Assembly: GCF_004010195.1 (NCBI RefSeq)
Contig: NC_057718.1
Coordinates: forward strand, 28,565,071-28,629,070
Source: Chiloscyllium plagiosum
Lineage: Eukaryota
Length of the DNA stretch: 64,000 nucleotides
Direction: 5' to 3'
This document shows positions 52,201 to 63,481 of the stretch, one piece after another. A program made the position numbers and the translations under genes. Under the pieces are notes generated by a model that saw only the letters and a program-made list of their open reading frames with translations, ran no database searches and had not been told where the DNA came from. The stretch's first letter is position 1, and each line of letters begins with the position of its first letter.

Positions 52201-53562
52201 CTCTTCACAATAGAAAGAGACAGTTCTTTACATAACTTGAGGAGACCGCTTCACGTCAGGTGTGGGGCAAGTCAAAGAGTCAAATATCTGGGAACCATGG
52301 AGATGGAACTTGTGCTGTTGGTACCATTCTGCACCACTCTCGAGCCATCTAAACTAACTGATCCAAACTTCTTAAATCCTAAATCCTATGAGGAGAATGG
52401 ACGCGTTATCACAAATGGGAAGAACTGGTGGTAGCCACTGATGTGATCATGTTGAATTCTTGCAGTCATTTCCAATACTTTGGCAGCATTGGGAAAAATC
52501 AAGAAAGAAAGTATGTTTCACAATGTGGCTCATTGTGTGGTCTGGGTAATTTAGTAACACAAAGGACTGAATCTTTCGAGGAATCACATTGGATTGCCAC
52601 AGCATTCCCTTTTATTTACCTTGTTCCTGGAGGTCCATGCATCTGGCCCAAACTTCTGAATTTGACCTCTTCAGAACTTGTTCAGGAAGCCTTCCATCCC
52701 AGCAAAGGACCAGCGCAGGAGCCAAACCCAAGTCTTCTTTTTATAGTAGTAGATGCGTTATTCCAGAGTTTAAAAGTCCCAGTTGTACTTTGACAAGTTA
52801 TGGAGAGAAAGTGAGAGTGAAAGGTGAGTGGGTGAGGGAGCACAGTAGCAGGTGGACAAAATGTTAAGGTGTCAGCCAATTAGGTGATGGGATCGGGTGC
52901 CAGTGAAATGAGCAAGGGGACAGAGTGACAGATAGGTTGGTGAGGGGACAGGATGGTATGCGGATGGGATTGGTGGTAAGGTGGTCAGGGGTATGGGTTA
53001 GCTGGGGTGTCATAAGGGTAAGCAGAAAGGGTGACAGCTATGGGTAAGGACAAGATCCTTTCTGTGGCTGAACATATATTCAATATGTGAGGTTAGTTGG
53101 AGCATAGGGGTTGAAATGCCATTGCTAGAGACAAATTATGGCCTAGAGGTGTGCGTTCCTAAGGCCATCAATATAGACCTATCCAATGGGACAGCAAATA
53201 GTAGATACATGCATTACAAAGCAAGGATATCAGCTGGTCCTGTTGTGCCACAGTATGACACATTATGAAGCAGAGTTCAGTTGTGAACAACCTTAAGATA
53301 TAATAATGAGTAATGCATGGCATTGTTCGACATAGTACCTAACAATTATAACTTTTCTCTGTAAAATTCTGTACATTCTCCAGAATGCAAAAATATTACA
53401 TTCTCAAATGTTTCTCTTTTATAGCACTGCTATATTGAGCAAAGTATTATTTTGGATGAGCACAGTATTAGCAGGTAAGAGGCAAGATGCCAATGACTTT
53501 ATAATTAACCTTAGTTTATAAATTGAAAGAGCAATGACCACTGATTTTATCTGATGCGACTC

Positions 53563-54250
53563 TGCTCCTAGCACCTTCCCTTGCCACCAGAAGAGGTGTA
53601 ATACCTGCGTCCACACTTCCCCTCTCACCTCCATCCAAGGCCCCAAAGGGTCCTTCCACATCCGGCAGGGATTTTCCTGCATGTCCTAACACCACATCTA
53701 CTGTGTCTGTTGCTCTCAATGTGGTTGCCAGTATATTGGGAAGACAGGACGCCAATGCTTCAGAGAACATCTCCAGGACACAACGCACTAAAGAACCCCA
53801 CCGCCCTGTGGCCAACCACTTCAACACCCCCTCCCACTCCGCCATGGACGTACAAGTCCTGGGTCTTGTCCACTGCCAAATCCTAGCCATCTGATGCCTG
53901 GAGGAAGAATGTGTTGATTTCAATGTTGATTTCACCAGTTTCCTGAACTCCCCTCCCCCTACCTTATCCCAGATCTAACCCTCCAACACAGCACCACGCT
54001 CTTGAACTATCCTACCTATCCATCTGCCTTCCCACCAATCCACTGTACTCTCTGCCCTGACTTATCACCATCACCTCCCACCTCCATCCACCTATTGCAT
54101 TCCAAACTACATTCCCCCAGCCCCCTTGCTGCCACCTCCACCCCCCAACCTCACATTACTGGTGAAGAACTTATGCTCAAAACATCAACTCTCCTGCTCC
54201 TCGAATGCTGCCTGCCTGGCTGTGCTTTTCCAGCACCACACTTTTTGACT
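53563..54250 (+). mobile_element. Penelope-like element 3' fragment (GIY-YIG + pLTR), parent of family B
   Basis: CNTCVHT...HIRQGFSCMS..IYCVCCSQCGCQYIGKTGR...PVANHFN, followed by degenerate hammerhead CTGGTGA...CAAAACATC (~54159) and the family B tail. Confidence 0.85.
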
Positions 54251-54792
54251 TTGGAAAATAACTTTACTCAGCCCTAGGCCAAGGAATGGGAAGCAGAAAC
54301 CCTGCAACAGGGGTTACATTGGAAACCCTACATCAACCTTTCAATGAGCTACTATTTAAAGCACTGAGCCTGCTCTGCCCATGTGATGGAATGGGTCTCC
54401 AGTCTCACCACCAGCATTTTCTGGACACTCCAAAGCAGAACAAAGGGGTCCTCTAAATCAGCACTTAGAAACATGTGGAGAATGGGCAAGGACTGGAGTG
54501 TTAGATGTTTTAACTTTTTAATTTTATTTCAAAATAATTCAGCGCAATACCCATTGGTTTTGCACTTCTGAATTTGTCCGGTACATGTGAGAAATTGATC
54601 AAAAAGACATCCATGATAATTGCAGCTAATTGTAATTTTATCCACAGAATGAAATTAAGTATTTTGATATTTGACTGCTGTTACTTGAATATAAAATATT
54701 TTGCTACGGATTTCTATACAGCAATATTGTATTGCTATATGTTATGCAGAGAACACAAAATGTTGATTTTAATATAAGGTATTATTTTTCAG

Positions 54793-56871
54793 CTGATGCG
54801 AATAACTGTGGGAACATTGACCTTGTGTGTCACATGCACGCAGAGTGCCAGATTACTTTTGACGGAAACTTCTTCTGTGTGTGCAAAGCAGGGTACCTTG
54901 GAAATGGCACGCAGTGTACAGATATTGATGAGTGTACAGCCAATGTACATGAATGCCATGCAAAGGCAGCTTGTGTAAATAGTCCAGGTGCTTACAATTG
55001 CCAGTGTAAACCTGGGTACACAGGAGACGGAATTGACTGTAATGATGTAGATGAATGTATCACTGACAATGGTGGCTGTCACATTAGTGCCACTTGCATT
55101 AACACAGCTGGAAGCCGGACTTGCCACTGTAAAGTGGGGTTCTCTGGAAATGGGTTCACTTGCAGTGATATAGATGAGTGCACAAAGCCCGGCATTTGTC
55201 ACTGGAATGCATCGTGCACCAACACTCTTGGGTCTTACATATGCACTTGCAAAGCAGGATATAAAGGAAATGGTAAATATCTGTGTTTGGACAGAGATGA
55301 ATGTGTGGAGATCCCAGGAATCTGTTCATCAGTACATGGATGGAAAGGGTGTAAGAATCTACCAGGCTCGTATCAGTGTACATGTTCCACAGGTTTCTAC
55401 GCACATGACAACAAATGTACAGACGTTGATGAGTGTGCTCGTCAGGTCTGCAGTCCATTTTCTAACTGCATCAACCAACCAGGTTCTTATAGATGCAGCT
55501 GTAAGACAGGATTTACAGGCAATGGATTGACGTGTGTGGACATCAATGAGTGTGCTAGCATAAACGATTGCCATCCTCAAGCAAACTGCCAGAACTTTTT
55601 GGGCAGCTACATTTGTGACTGTAAATCAGGCTTCACAGGCAATGGGATTGCTTGTTCTGATATTGATGAGTGTGATGAGATTGCAGACTGTCCTGCTGTG
55701 TCTTCCTGTGTTAACACAGAAGGTTCCTATCACTGCAGTTGTGGCAATGGTTTCATCCTGAATGACAGCAAGTGTGTCGATGTTGATGAATGTGATGCTG
55801 ATGTCTGTGACAGTCACGCCATCTGCAAAAATCTCCAAGGATCTTTCTCTTGTCACTGCAACAGGGGTTACATTGGAAATGGTACAGTGTGTAAAGATGT
55901 GGATGAATGTCTCATAAACAATGGAGGGTGTCATTCAAATAGCATTTGTACAAATGAAATTGGGACCTACACATGCACGTGTAAAAGAGGGTTTTCTGGT
56001 GATGGAATCTTACAGTGCGAAGATGTTGATGAATGCAAAGTTAACAATGGTGGTTGCTTGAACAATGCAACATGCATAAATACACTGGGATCTTCCTTTT
56101 GTACATGTCTTGATGGACTTGAACTTGTGAATAACACCATTTGCACAGACATTGATGAATGCAAGTTAATGAGTGCACCCTGCCAAATGAATGAGCAGTG
56201 TTTCAACATTTTGGGATCTTATCAATGTCAGTGCAAATCTGGATTTTCAAAAGAGAATGGCATTAGTTGTAATGACATTGATGAATGTCTCCGCAACCCA
56301 TGTGATCTGAATGCCACTTGTTTGAATACATTTGGCTCATTCATCTGTGAGTGCGATTTTGGGTTTGAAGGAAATGGCTTATTCTGCAAAGATGTGGATG
56401 AATGCAACTTCCTTGGAATCTGCCATGCAAACACTTTGTGCATCAATACAGCAGGAGGTTACACATGTCAATGTCAAGAAGGCTTCAGAGAGAATGGGCA
56501 GCATTGTGAAGATGTAAATGAATGCATCCTAAATAACACTTGTCCATCAGGCACCATTTGCATCAATTCATTGGGATCATATGTTTGTTCCTGTTCTAAT
56601 GGTACTCTTGTAGTGAACAGCATTTGTGTGTCACCGAGTAACCAGTGCATTCCACCTTGCCATGATCGAGCGCTGTGCCATCGTGCTGGCAACTTGTATC
56701 AATGTGTTTGCGATGTTGGATTTCAGACCAATAATTCAATCTGTGTTGATGTAGATGAATGTAGGGAGAAACACATTTGCCCAGATGATCATACAACTTG
56801 TATAAACATGCCTGGCTCGTACATCTGTGTCTGCAAAACTGGATTCAGTAAGAATGGATCTTCATGCATAG
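54793..56871 (+). CDS. Giant internal coding exon (2079 bp, phase 1-1) of a multi-cbEGF extracellular protein; 17 EGF modules
   Basis: Open frame with repeated D[IV][DN]EC...C.N..G.[YF].C.C..G[FY].G.G..C modules. Acceptor attatttttcag| ends at 54792, donor ATAG|gtatat starts at 56872, and the length is divisible by 3. Confidence 0.93.
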
Positions 56872-58233
56872 GTATATAGTTCTTATTTATTTTGTATTTT
56901 ACACTTCACAATGTTTTGTTTTAGCATGCTATCCCCGTGCCCCCCCCACCCAAAACTTCATAGAATTGCCAGCACTTACACCATCCCCTTTATAGCATAC
57001 AGCCAACAGTGTTGACAATTTGCCCATTACCATTGGCATCAATCACAATGGTGCCACTTAAAATGTGTAAAGCAGACTAGGCAGTTCATGCAGATATTTG
57101 GGCTCCCTTTTCATCTGCCCCTGTCCATTGCTAATCACTCTCCAGCACTGATTTAACGTACATCGTTTTAAAAAAAGGAATCAATGTTGAGTACCTCCCT
57201 CAAGAACACTGATATCAACCATTTCAGCAGATAAATCTCCTTATTTAAATTACCCCTTAAAAGAAGTTAATTTCTGAGGATGCACAAAATAGATTTTCAG
57301 CAACTTTGAAATTGACAAGCAGTTTTAACCATTTCGTACTTTTCGTTGAACTTGATAATACTTTTAACGCTCATATTAACCATGGTGGCAATGAGATTGC
57401 TGATATTCTGGGACCTCACCTGTCATAAAGTCTGTCAAACATTATACAATCTCTATTTTAACAGCAATTGCAAAAGAGTCAGGAATGGTTGGGCATATGG
57501 AGGTGGCTGGAAGAGATGCTTTTAGTGGATGTCAATGAATTGAAAAGAGGATTTTGTCACAAAATCCGCTCATCAATTTCCTTCCCGCATCTGAATAACA
57601 TAGATGTGGAGGTTGCAGTGGACATGGAGTTTGGTATTTGCTACTTTAGGCCAGGATTTTCACTGCTGGGGGATCAGGTTGGTTTGCAGCTACACGCATC
57701 AGGCCCATGAAAAATTAGCCCACAAAGTCAGATTTCCATTCCAAGGTGGTGTGTTTTGATGGGAGACAGACTGGTGAAACAGTGGAGGCTGGTGGGTTTG
57801 GAGCAGTCTGAAACCAAAACAGTCATGCCCCCTTCAGTTCTGAGATGATAACTCTGTTTATGTCTCCACAGATGCTGCCAGACCTGCTGAGTTTCTCCAG
57901 AACTTTCTGCTTTGTTTCAGATTTCCAGCATCTGCACTTCTTTGTTTTATTTGAGTAGAAAGCTTGCCTCAGTGCACTTATACAACTCGGTTTAAAAACA
58001 GATAAACCCAAAAGTATCTTTCCATCCTTTTCCCTCCTTACACACACTCGTCACCCTCTTATACTTCTCTTGGCTACATTCATGCTGCTACCTCATGTCC
58101 TTTGTCCAACTAATGCTTCTCTGACCACTCCAATGACCTTTTTTATTTACCCCTGTGCCAGTCTATGCCCATTTGCACACAACCATTTCTTTTTATAGCC
58201 CTAATACCAACTTATGCCCATCTGTCTGCCCTT

Positions 58234-59150
58234 GTGGCCTTCATGCCCACCAATACTCTCCACTCATCCTCACTGACTTTTGTAGCCACTATGCCATCTT
58301 AGTGCCATTTCAAGCCAACTCTGGTGAAATGCCTAAATTAATCCTTATAGCAGACTTCCATGAGGATGTGCCATTCTTCTAAGCTTTCATGTATTTTCCT
58401 GGGAAAGGAGAAAAACAAGGTCAATTTAAGCAGAAAATTAGTGGCAAAGGATTGTCCATTGGGAATCTTGCTTCACATTGTGAGCGCAGGCAGAAATTTC
58501 CCAATTGAATTTCCTCAAATCCACAGACAAATTATAGACGTTCTAGGTTTTCTGATGGAAAATGGAAATTGAAAAAGTCTAGAAACACTTTCCCAGACAG
58601 CTGTAGTTGGATTTCTTTAAATATCAAATTCAAAAGCTTCCAACTTCAGTCATTCTCCACTTAGCCTAAGTATAGATGTGACTTCCATTTAAAGCTTCTT
58701 ACGTACTGCAAACGTAGATTAAAGAATTCTAATGCCTGGTCACCACTGGCCTTTATTAAGGTGAAGCTTCAGGTGGGCTCAGTGGATGGTTTATGGGGCA
58801 ATCCAGACCAGCACTGGAACCTCAGTCACTTAGGCTCAGAGAGAGTGAGGGCTGCAGATGCTGGAGATCAGAGTCAAAAAGTGTGGCGCTGGAAAAGCAC
58901 AGCTGGTCAGGCAGCATCCGAGGAGCGGGAGAGTTGACGTTTCGCGAATTCCTGATGAGGAGCTCATACTTGAAACATCGACTCCTCTGCTTCTCGGATG
59001 CTGCCTGACCGGCTGTGCTTTTCCAGCACCACATTATTCCACTTAGGTTCAGGGCCAGCAATCCAGTTTATAAATCTTAAAATCGCATGGCATAGTGGCT
59101 ACAAAAGTCAGTGAGGATGAGTGGAGAGTATTGGTGGGCATGAGGGCCAC
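58234..59150. repeat. 64-bp intronic inverted repeat (58234-58297 / 59087-59150)
   Basis: 63/64 reverse-complement identity by direct comparison. Confidence 0.92.
58840..59039. mobile_element. Palindromic PLE pLTR insertion (family B) with 13-bp TSD, intronic
   Basis: cacttagg[c/t]tcag at 58827-58839 and 59040-59052; gaattc-CTGATGA-ggag ctca tactt-GAAA-CATC on + strand. Confidence 0.88.
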
Positions 59151-59260
59151 GAAATGCCAAAATAAGTAAGTAACTTTTGGTGGACACAAGGACGAAACAT
59201 TGTGCATATTATTGTAAAGTTTTTCCTATACTAACTTTCTAATTTTCTTTGGAACAACAG

Positions 59261-59383
59261 ACATTGATGAATGTTCCACAGCTGGGCAGAAGTGCCACCA
59301 GTTTGCCAGTTGCATCAACAGTATAGGGAGTTATCAGTGCGAATGTTTGAGTGGTTTTATTGGTGATGGGAAAAATTGCTCTG
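59261..59383 (+). CDS. 123-bp single-cbEGF exon (DIDECSTAGQKCHQFASCINSIGSYQCECLSGFIGDGKNCS), phase 1-1
   Basis: Branch-like ctaac at 59231, pyrimidine tract, acag| acceptor and CTG|gtaagt donor. In frame with both neighbouring exons and absent from the ORF track. Confidence 0.93.
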
Positions 59384-60862
59384 GTAAGTTTACTTTTGTC
59401 ACAAACTTAATGTTACAAGATTCCTGCAGATGCCAGGTTGAGATGATATGTTATAATTAAAGTAGTGACAATGTAGTACTAAAAGCCTTGGATATTCTCT
59501 GATGTGCTTAGTCATAGTTTTATATTGGCCTTTGGCATCAAACTATTTTAAGAGTGAAACTTTATTTAACACAGTAGTGAATTGACTGTGCATTAAAAAT
59601 TTTTCCAGTATCTTGTTATGCATTGCACTCTTAATATGCTGAGCTGTTTCTGTCCTTTGATCTCTCCACATGCAGTTAGTGGTTTGATGCATATGCCAAC
59701 TCTAATGCTTGCAGTTCAGAATGCTGCTCTAAGTCACTGCACATGCATTAGAAATGTTGCACTTGGTTAAACAGTTCCACTTAATCATTACTGAATGATG
59801 AAAACATTCATTTTTACTTTTTGTTGGTTTGTCCACCTTCCCCAGTAAAATGAATCACCATTCTAGTATTAAATATAATTGAATCATGCAATTCAAAAAT
59901 TACAAAGGAATGAGTTAAAGATACCCTGGGATCTAATGCAAAAAATTCCATGCTATGATTATTTGTAATTTCAGACTCACCTTGTGTCAAACAATAACTA
60001 GTATTAATTATTATTGAGCATTCATCCTTCTGTATGAGGTCTAAGGATAATACATCAAAACAGCTTGATATATTCAAATTGTTAGAGATTCAGTTGCTTT
60101 GACATTGAAGTGAGGACAAAAACTATGCTGTTGAGCGAAGGGATTGATAAGATGTGAACAGGTATGCACAAATGTCAACCTAGTATAAGATAATTTCTGT
60201 CGCTCCAAATAATTGTAAACCCATTCAGAGTCCCTGGATCATGCACAGATTAGGGCAGATCAAGAGACCACTTCCTTCATCCCTCCAAACCCCTGACCCC
60301 ACCTCCTGCCAACAACAGCTTCCCCTTACATTCTGAGCTGCAAGTCATTTACAATTAAGTGACTAACATACACCTCATCCCTATTGCTTACTGCTAGTTC
60401 ATTCACATGAGGTGCCTAAAACAGAGCATGCAAAAACAAGGAAGCACATTTACAGTCAGGTGAGTGTTGATAAAGCAACCCTTGGCTAATGCCTGATTTG
60501 CAGAAGCACCCCATGCTAGAGTAAGACATAAAGGTCATTACAAAGCTTGGACCAAGAACATGGGTTAAAGAATTACTGTTTAGAAACTCAAAAGAACATC
60601 ACAGAATATGTCATAATCATTAACAAATGCACAATCACACATATATATTAATATAAACTTTGTGTTCTAATTGCTTCCACCAAAATTAATTTGCCCAAAT
60701 TTTATGATTTATTTGCACTTGTCTTAAGCAACAGCTTCTGAAGTATCACCATGGTGTTTGATTACAGAAGGTCTTTATACGTTAAAACAAGAATCTAAAA
60801 TAATTGTTGTCCATTTTGTGTTCATTTTACCTCATACTATCCATTTCAATAATAAATTATAG

Positions 60863-63481
60863 ACATTGATGAATGCCAAAGTCACAATGGAGGATGCCAT
60901 CCCTATGCTATGTGCAACAATACAGCTGGGTCTTTCTCCTGCATCTGTCCCCATGGGTTCACTGGCAATGGAACTGAATGCTGGGATATCGATGAATGTG
61001 TCCTTGGCAACATGATCAACATCTGCAATGATTCTGCCACGTGTAAGAATACAGAGGGTTCATTTCAGTGTGAGTGCCACATAGGATTTAATGGAGATGG
61101 ATACAATTGTGTGGATCTTAACGAATGTGAGAATACCTCTATATGCGATGAAAATGCAGATTGTAACAATACCCTTGGGTCTTATTTATGTAGCTGTAGA
61201 CAAGGATTTCTAACTGCTGATGGGCTGTGTTTGGACATTAATGAATGTCACCAGCAGACTATTTGTCATCCGAATGCAAACTGCATCAATGTTCAAGGTT
61301 CATTCTATTGCAGTTGTAAATCTGGCTTCTCCGGAAATGGAACAGATTGCAGAGATATTGATGATTGTGCTCTCAACCATTCAGTTTGCCATGAGAAGGC
61401 AATTTGCAACAATACTCTTGGAGCCTATCGTTGTGAGTGCTGGACAGGATATGAAGGAAATGGGACTCTCTGTTACGATACAAATGAATGTCTTAAAAAT
61501 GACACCATATGCTCCAAGTATAGTATCTGCATTAATACTGAAGGCTCTTACACATGCCAGTGCAATGAAGGATTTGTAGGAAATGGGTCATACTGTGAAG
61601 ATATAAATGAATGCAACCTGATTAATGTATCTTTTCAATGTCATTTTGACTCATATTGCATGAATACATTGGGCTCATTTGAATGTCACTGTGAGGCTGG
61701 TTTTGAAAACAATGGGACTGATTGTATTGATATTGACGAATGTATAACAAATTCATCCGACTGCAACATATATGCCAGCTGCATCAATTATCTGGGTGGG
61801 TATGATTGTGACTGCTTTGATGGATTTATCGGAAATGGGACTCAGTGCTTGGACATTAATGAATGCAGTGCAGACAACATGTGTCATACCAACGCTTCCT
61901 GCCTGAATACGCAAGGCTCCTACCAGTGTCTGTGTGATTCTGGCTTTACTGGAGATGGACAGAATTGTAGTGATGTTGATGAATGTTTCAACAACACAAT
62001 TTGTCAGGAAGATCAACAATGCATTAATGCAGCTGGCTCTTTTCAATGTGTCTGTACCAGTGGATTTTCAGAAAATGAAACTTTTTGTGTTGATATTGAT
62101 GAATGCTCGATCAATATGTTCCTTTGCCATTCAGATGCCAATTGCATCAACCAACTTGGTTCATTTCTTTGTGTCTGCCAAACTGGCTTTGTTGGTGATG
62201 GTTTTAACTGCACAGATATTGATGAGTGTTCAGAAAATGGAACAGAGTGCATGGATGCTGAAGAGTGTACTCTGGGGTATTCAATTTGTCATGAAAAGGC
62301 AACTTGCAACAACACTATTGGAGCCTACTATTGTAAGTGCAGGGCAGGATTTGAAGGAAATGGAACCATGTGCAATGATATTGATGAGTGCATTCAAAAC
62401 CAGACCTTATGTCACATGTATAGTTCCTGCATTAACACTGAAGGCTCTTATACATGCCAGTGCAATGAAGGATTTGTGGGAAATGGGTTATATTGCGAAG
62501 ACATAAATGAATGCATTTTGTCCAATGCATCTGTCATATGTCATTTTGACTCATATTGCATGAATACATTGGGCTCATTTGAATGCCACTGCGAGGCTGG
62601 TTTTGAAAGCAATGGGACTGAATGTATTGATATTGACGAATGTATAACAAATTCATCCGACTGCAACATATATACCAGCTGCATCAATTATCTGGGTTGG
62701 TATTATTGTGAATGCTTGGATGGATTTATCGGAAGTGGGACTGAGTGCTTGGACATTAATGAATGCAGTGCAGATAACATGTGCCATACCAATGCTTTCT
62801 GCCTGAATACACAGGGTTCCTATCAGTGTCTGTGTGATTCTGGCTTTACTGGAGATGGCCATAACTGTAGTGCTGTTGATGAATGTTCAAACAATACAAT
62901 TTGTCGGGAAGATCAGATATGCATTAATACAGTTCAATCTTTTCAGTGTATCTGTGCTAGTGGATTTTCAGATAATGGAACACTTTGTATAGATATTAAT
63001 GAATGCTTGACAGATAACCTTCTTTGCCACTTGAATGCTCTGTGCATCAACCAACCTGGCTTTTTCTCCTGCGTCTGCAAGTCAGGTTTTGTAGGAGATG
63101 GATTCCACTGTACAGACATTGATGAATGTTCGCCTATGAAAATGACTTGCCACCACCTTGCTCATTGTATAAATACTCCAGGCTCCTATCTGTGCTCTTG
63201 TGAGAAAGGCTTTATAGGAAATGGACAGATATGCACTGATATCAATGAATGCCAGCTGAGTGATCAAGCATGTCCTTCGGTAGCTTCATGTATTAACACC
63301 ATAGGGAGTTACTACTGTGTGTGCAATCAAGGATTCACTGGCACTGGACAAGCATGCACTTCTATTGATGAATGTTCTCCACCTAGTTCATGCCAAGCAA
63401 ATGGCAAATGCAGAAATATAGAGGGGAAATACAGTTGCATCTGTTCGTCCAATGACACTTGTGATCCACAGATAGCAAATG
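60863..63481 (+). CDS. Giant internal coding exon (2619 bp, phase 1-1); 21 EGF modules plus one 13-aa vestigial module
   Basis: Acceptor aaattatag| at 60862 followed by (G)AC ATT GAT GAA TGC. Continuous cbEGF array, with a likely donor AATG|gtgtgt at 63482 (weaker consensus). The gene continues beyond the window. Confidence 0.9.
61330..63130 (+). repeat. Exact 900-bp (300-aa, 7-module) tandem duplication inside the coding exon
   Basis: Matching sequence at constant offset 900, e.g. 61543-61577 vs 62443-62477 and 61730-61760 vs 62630-62660. Confidence 0.95.

Noticed and set aside
54732..54792. ORF-track N-terminus [20 protein letters not shown] (and C-terminal tails after 56871 and 63481) as coding
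   Set aside because: These lie outside splice sites and are intronic read-through.
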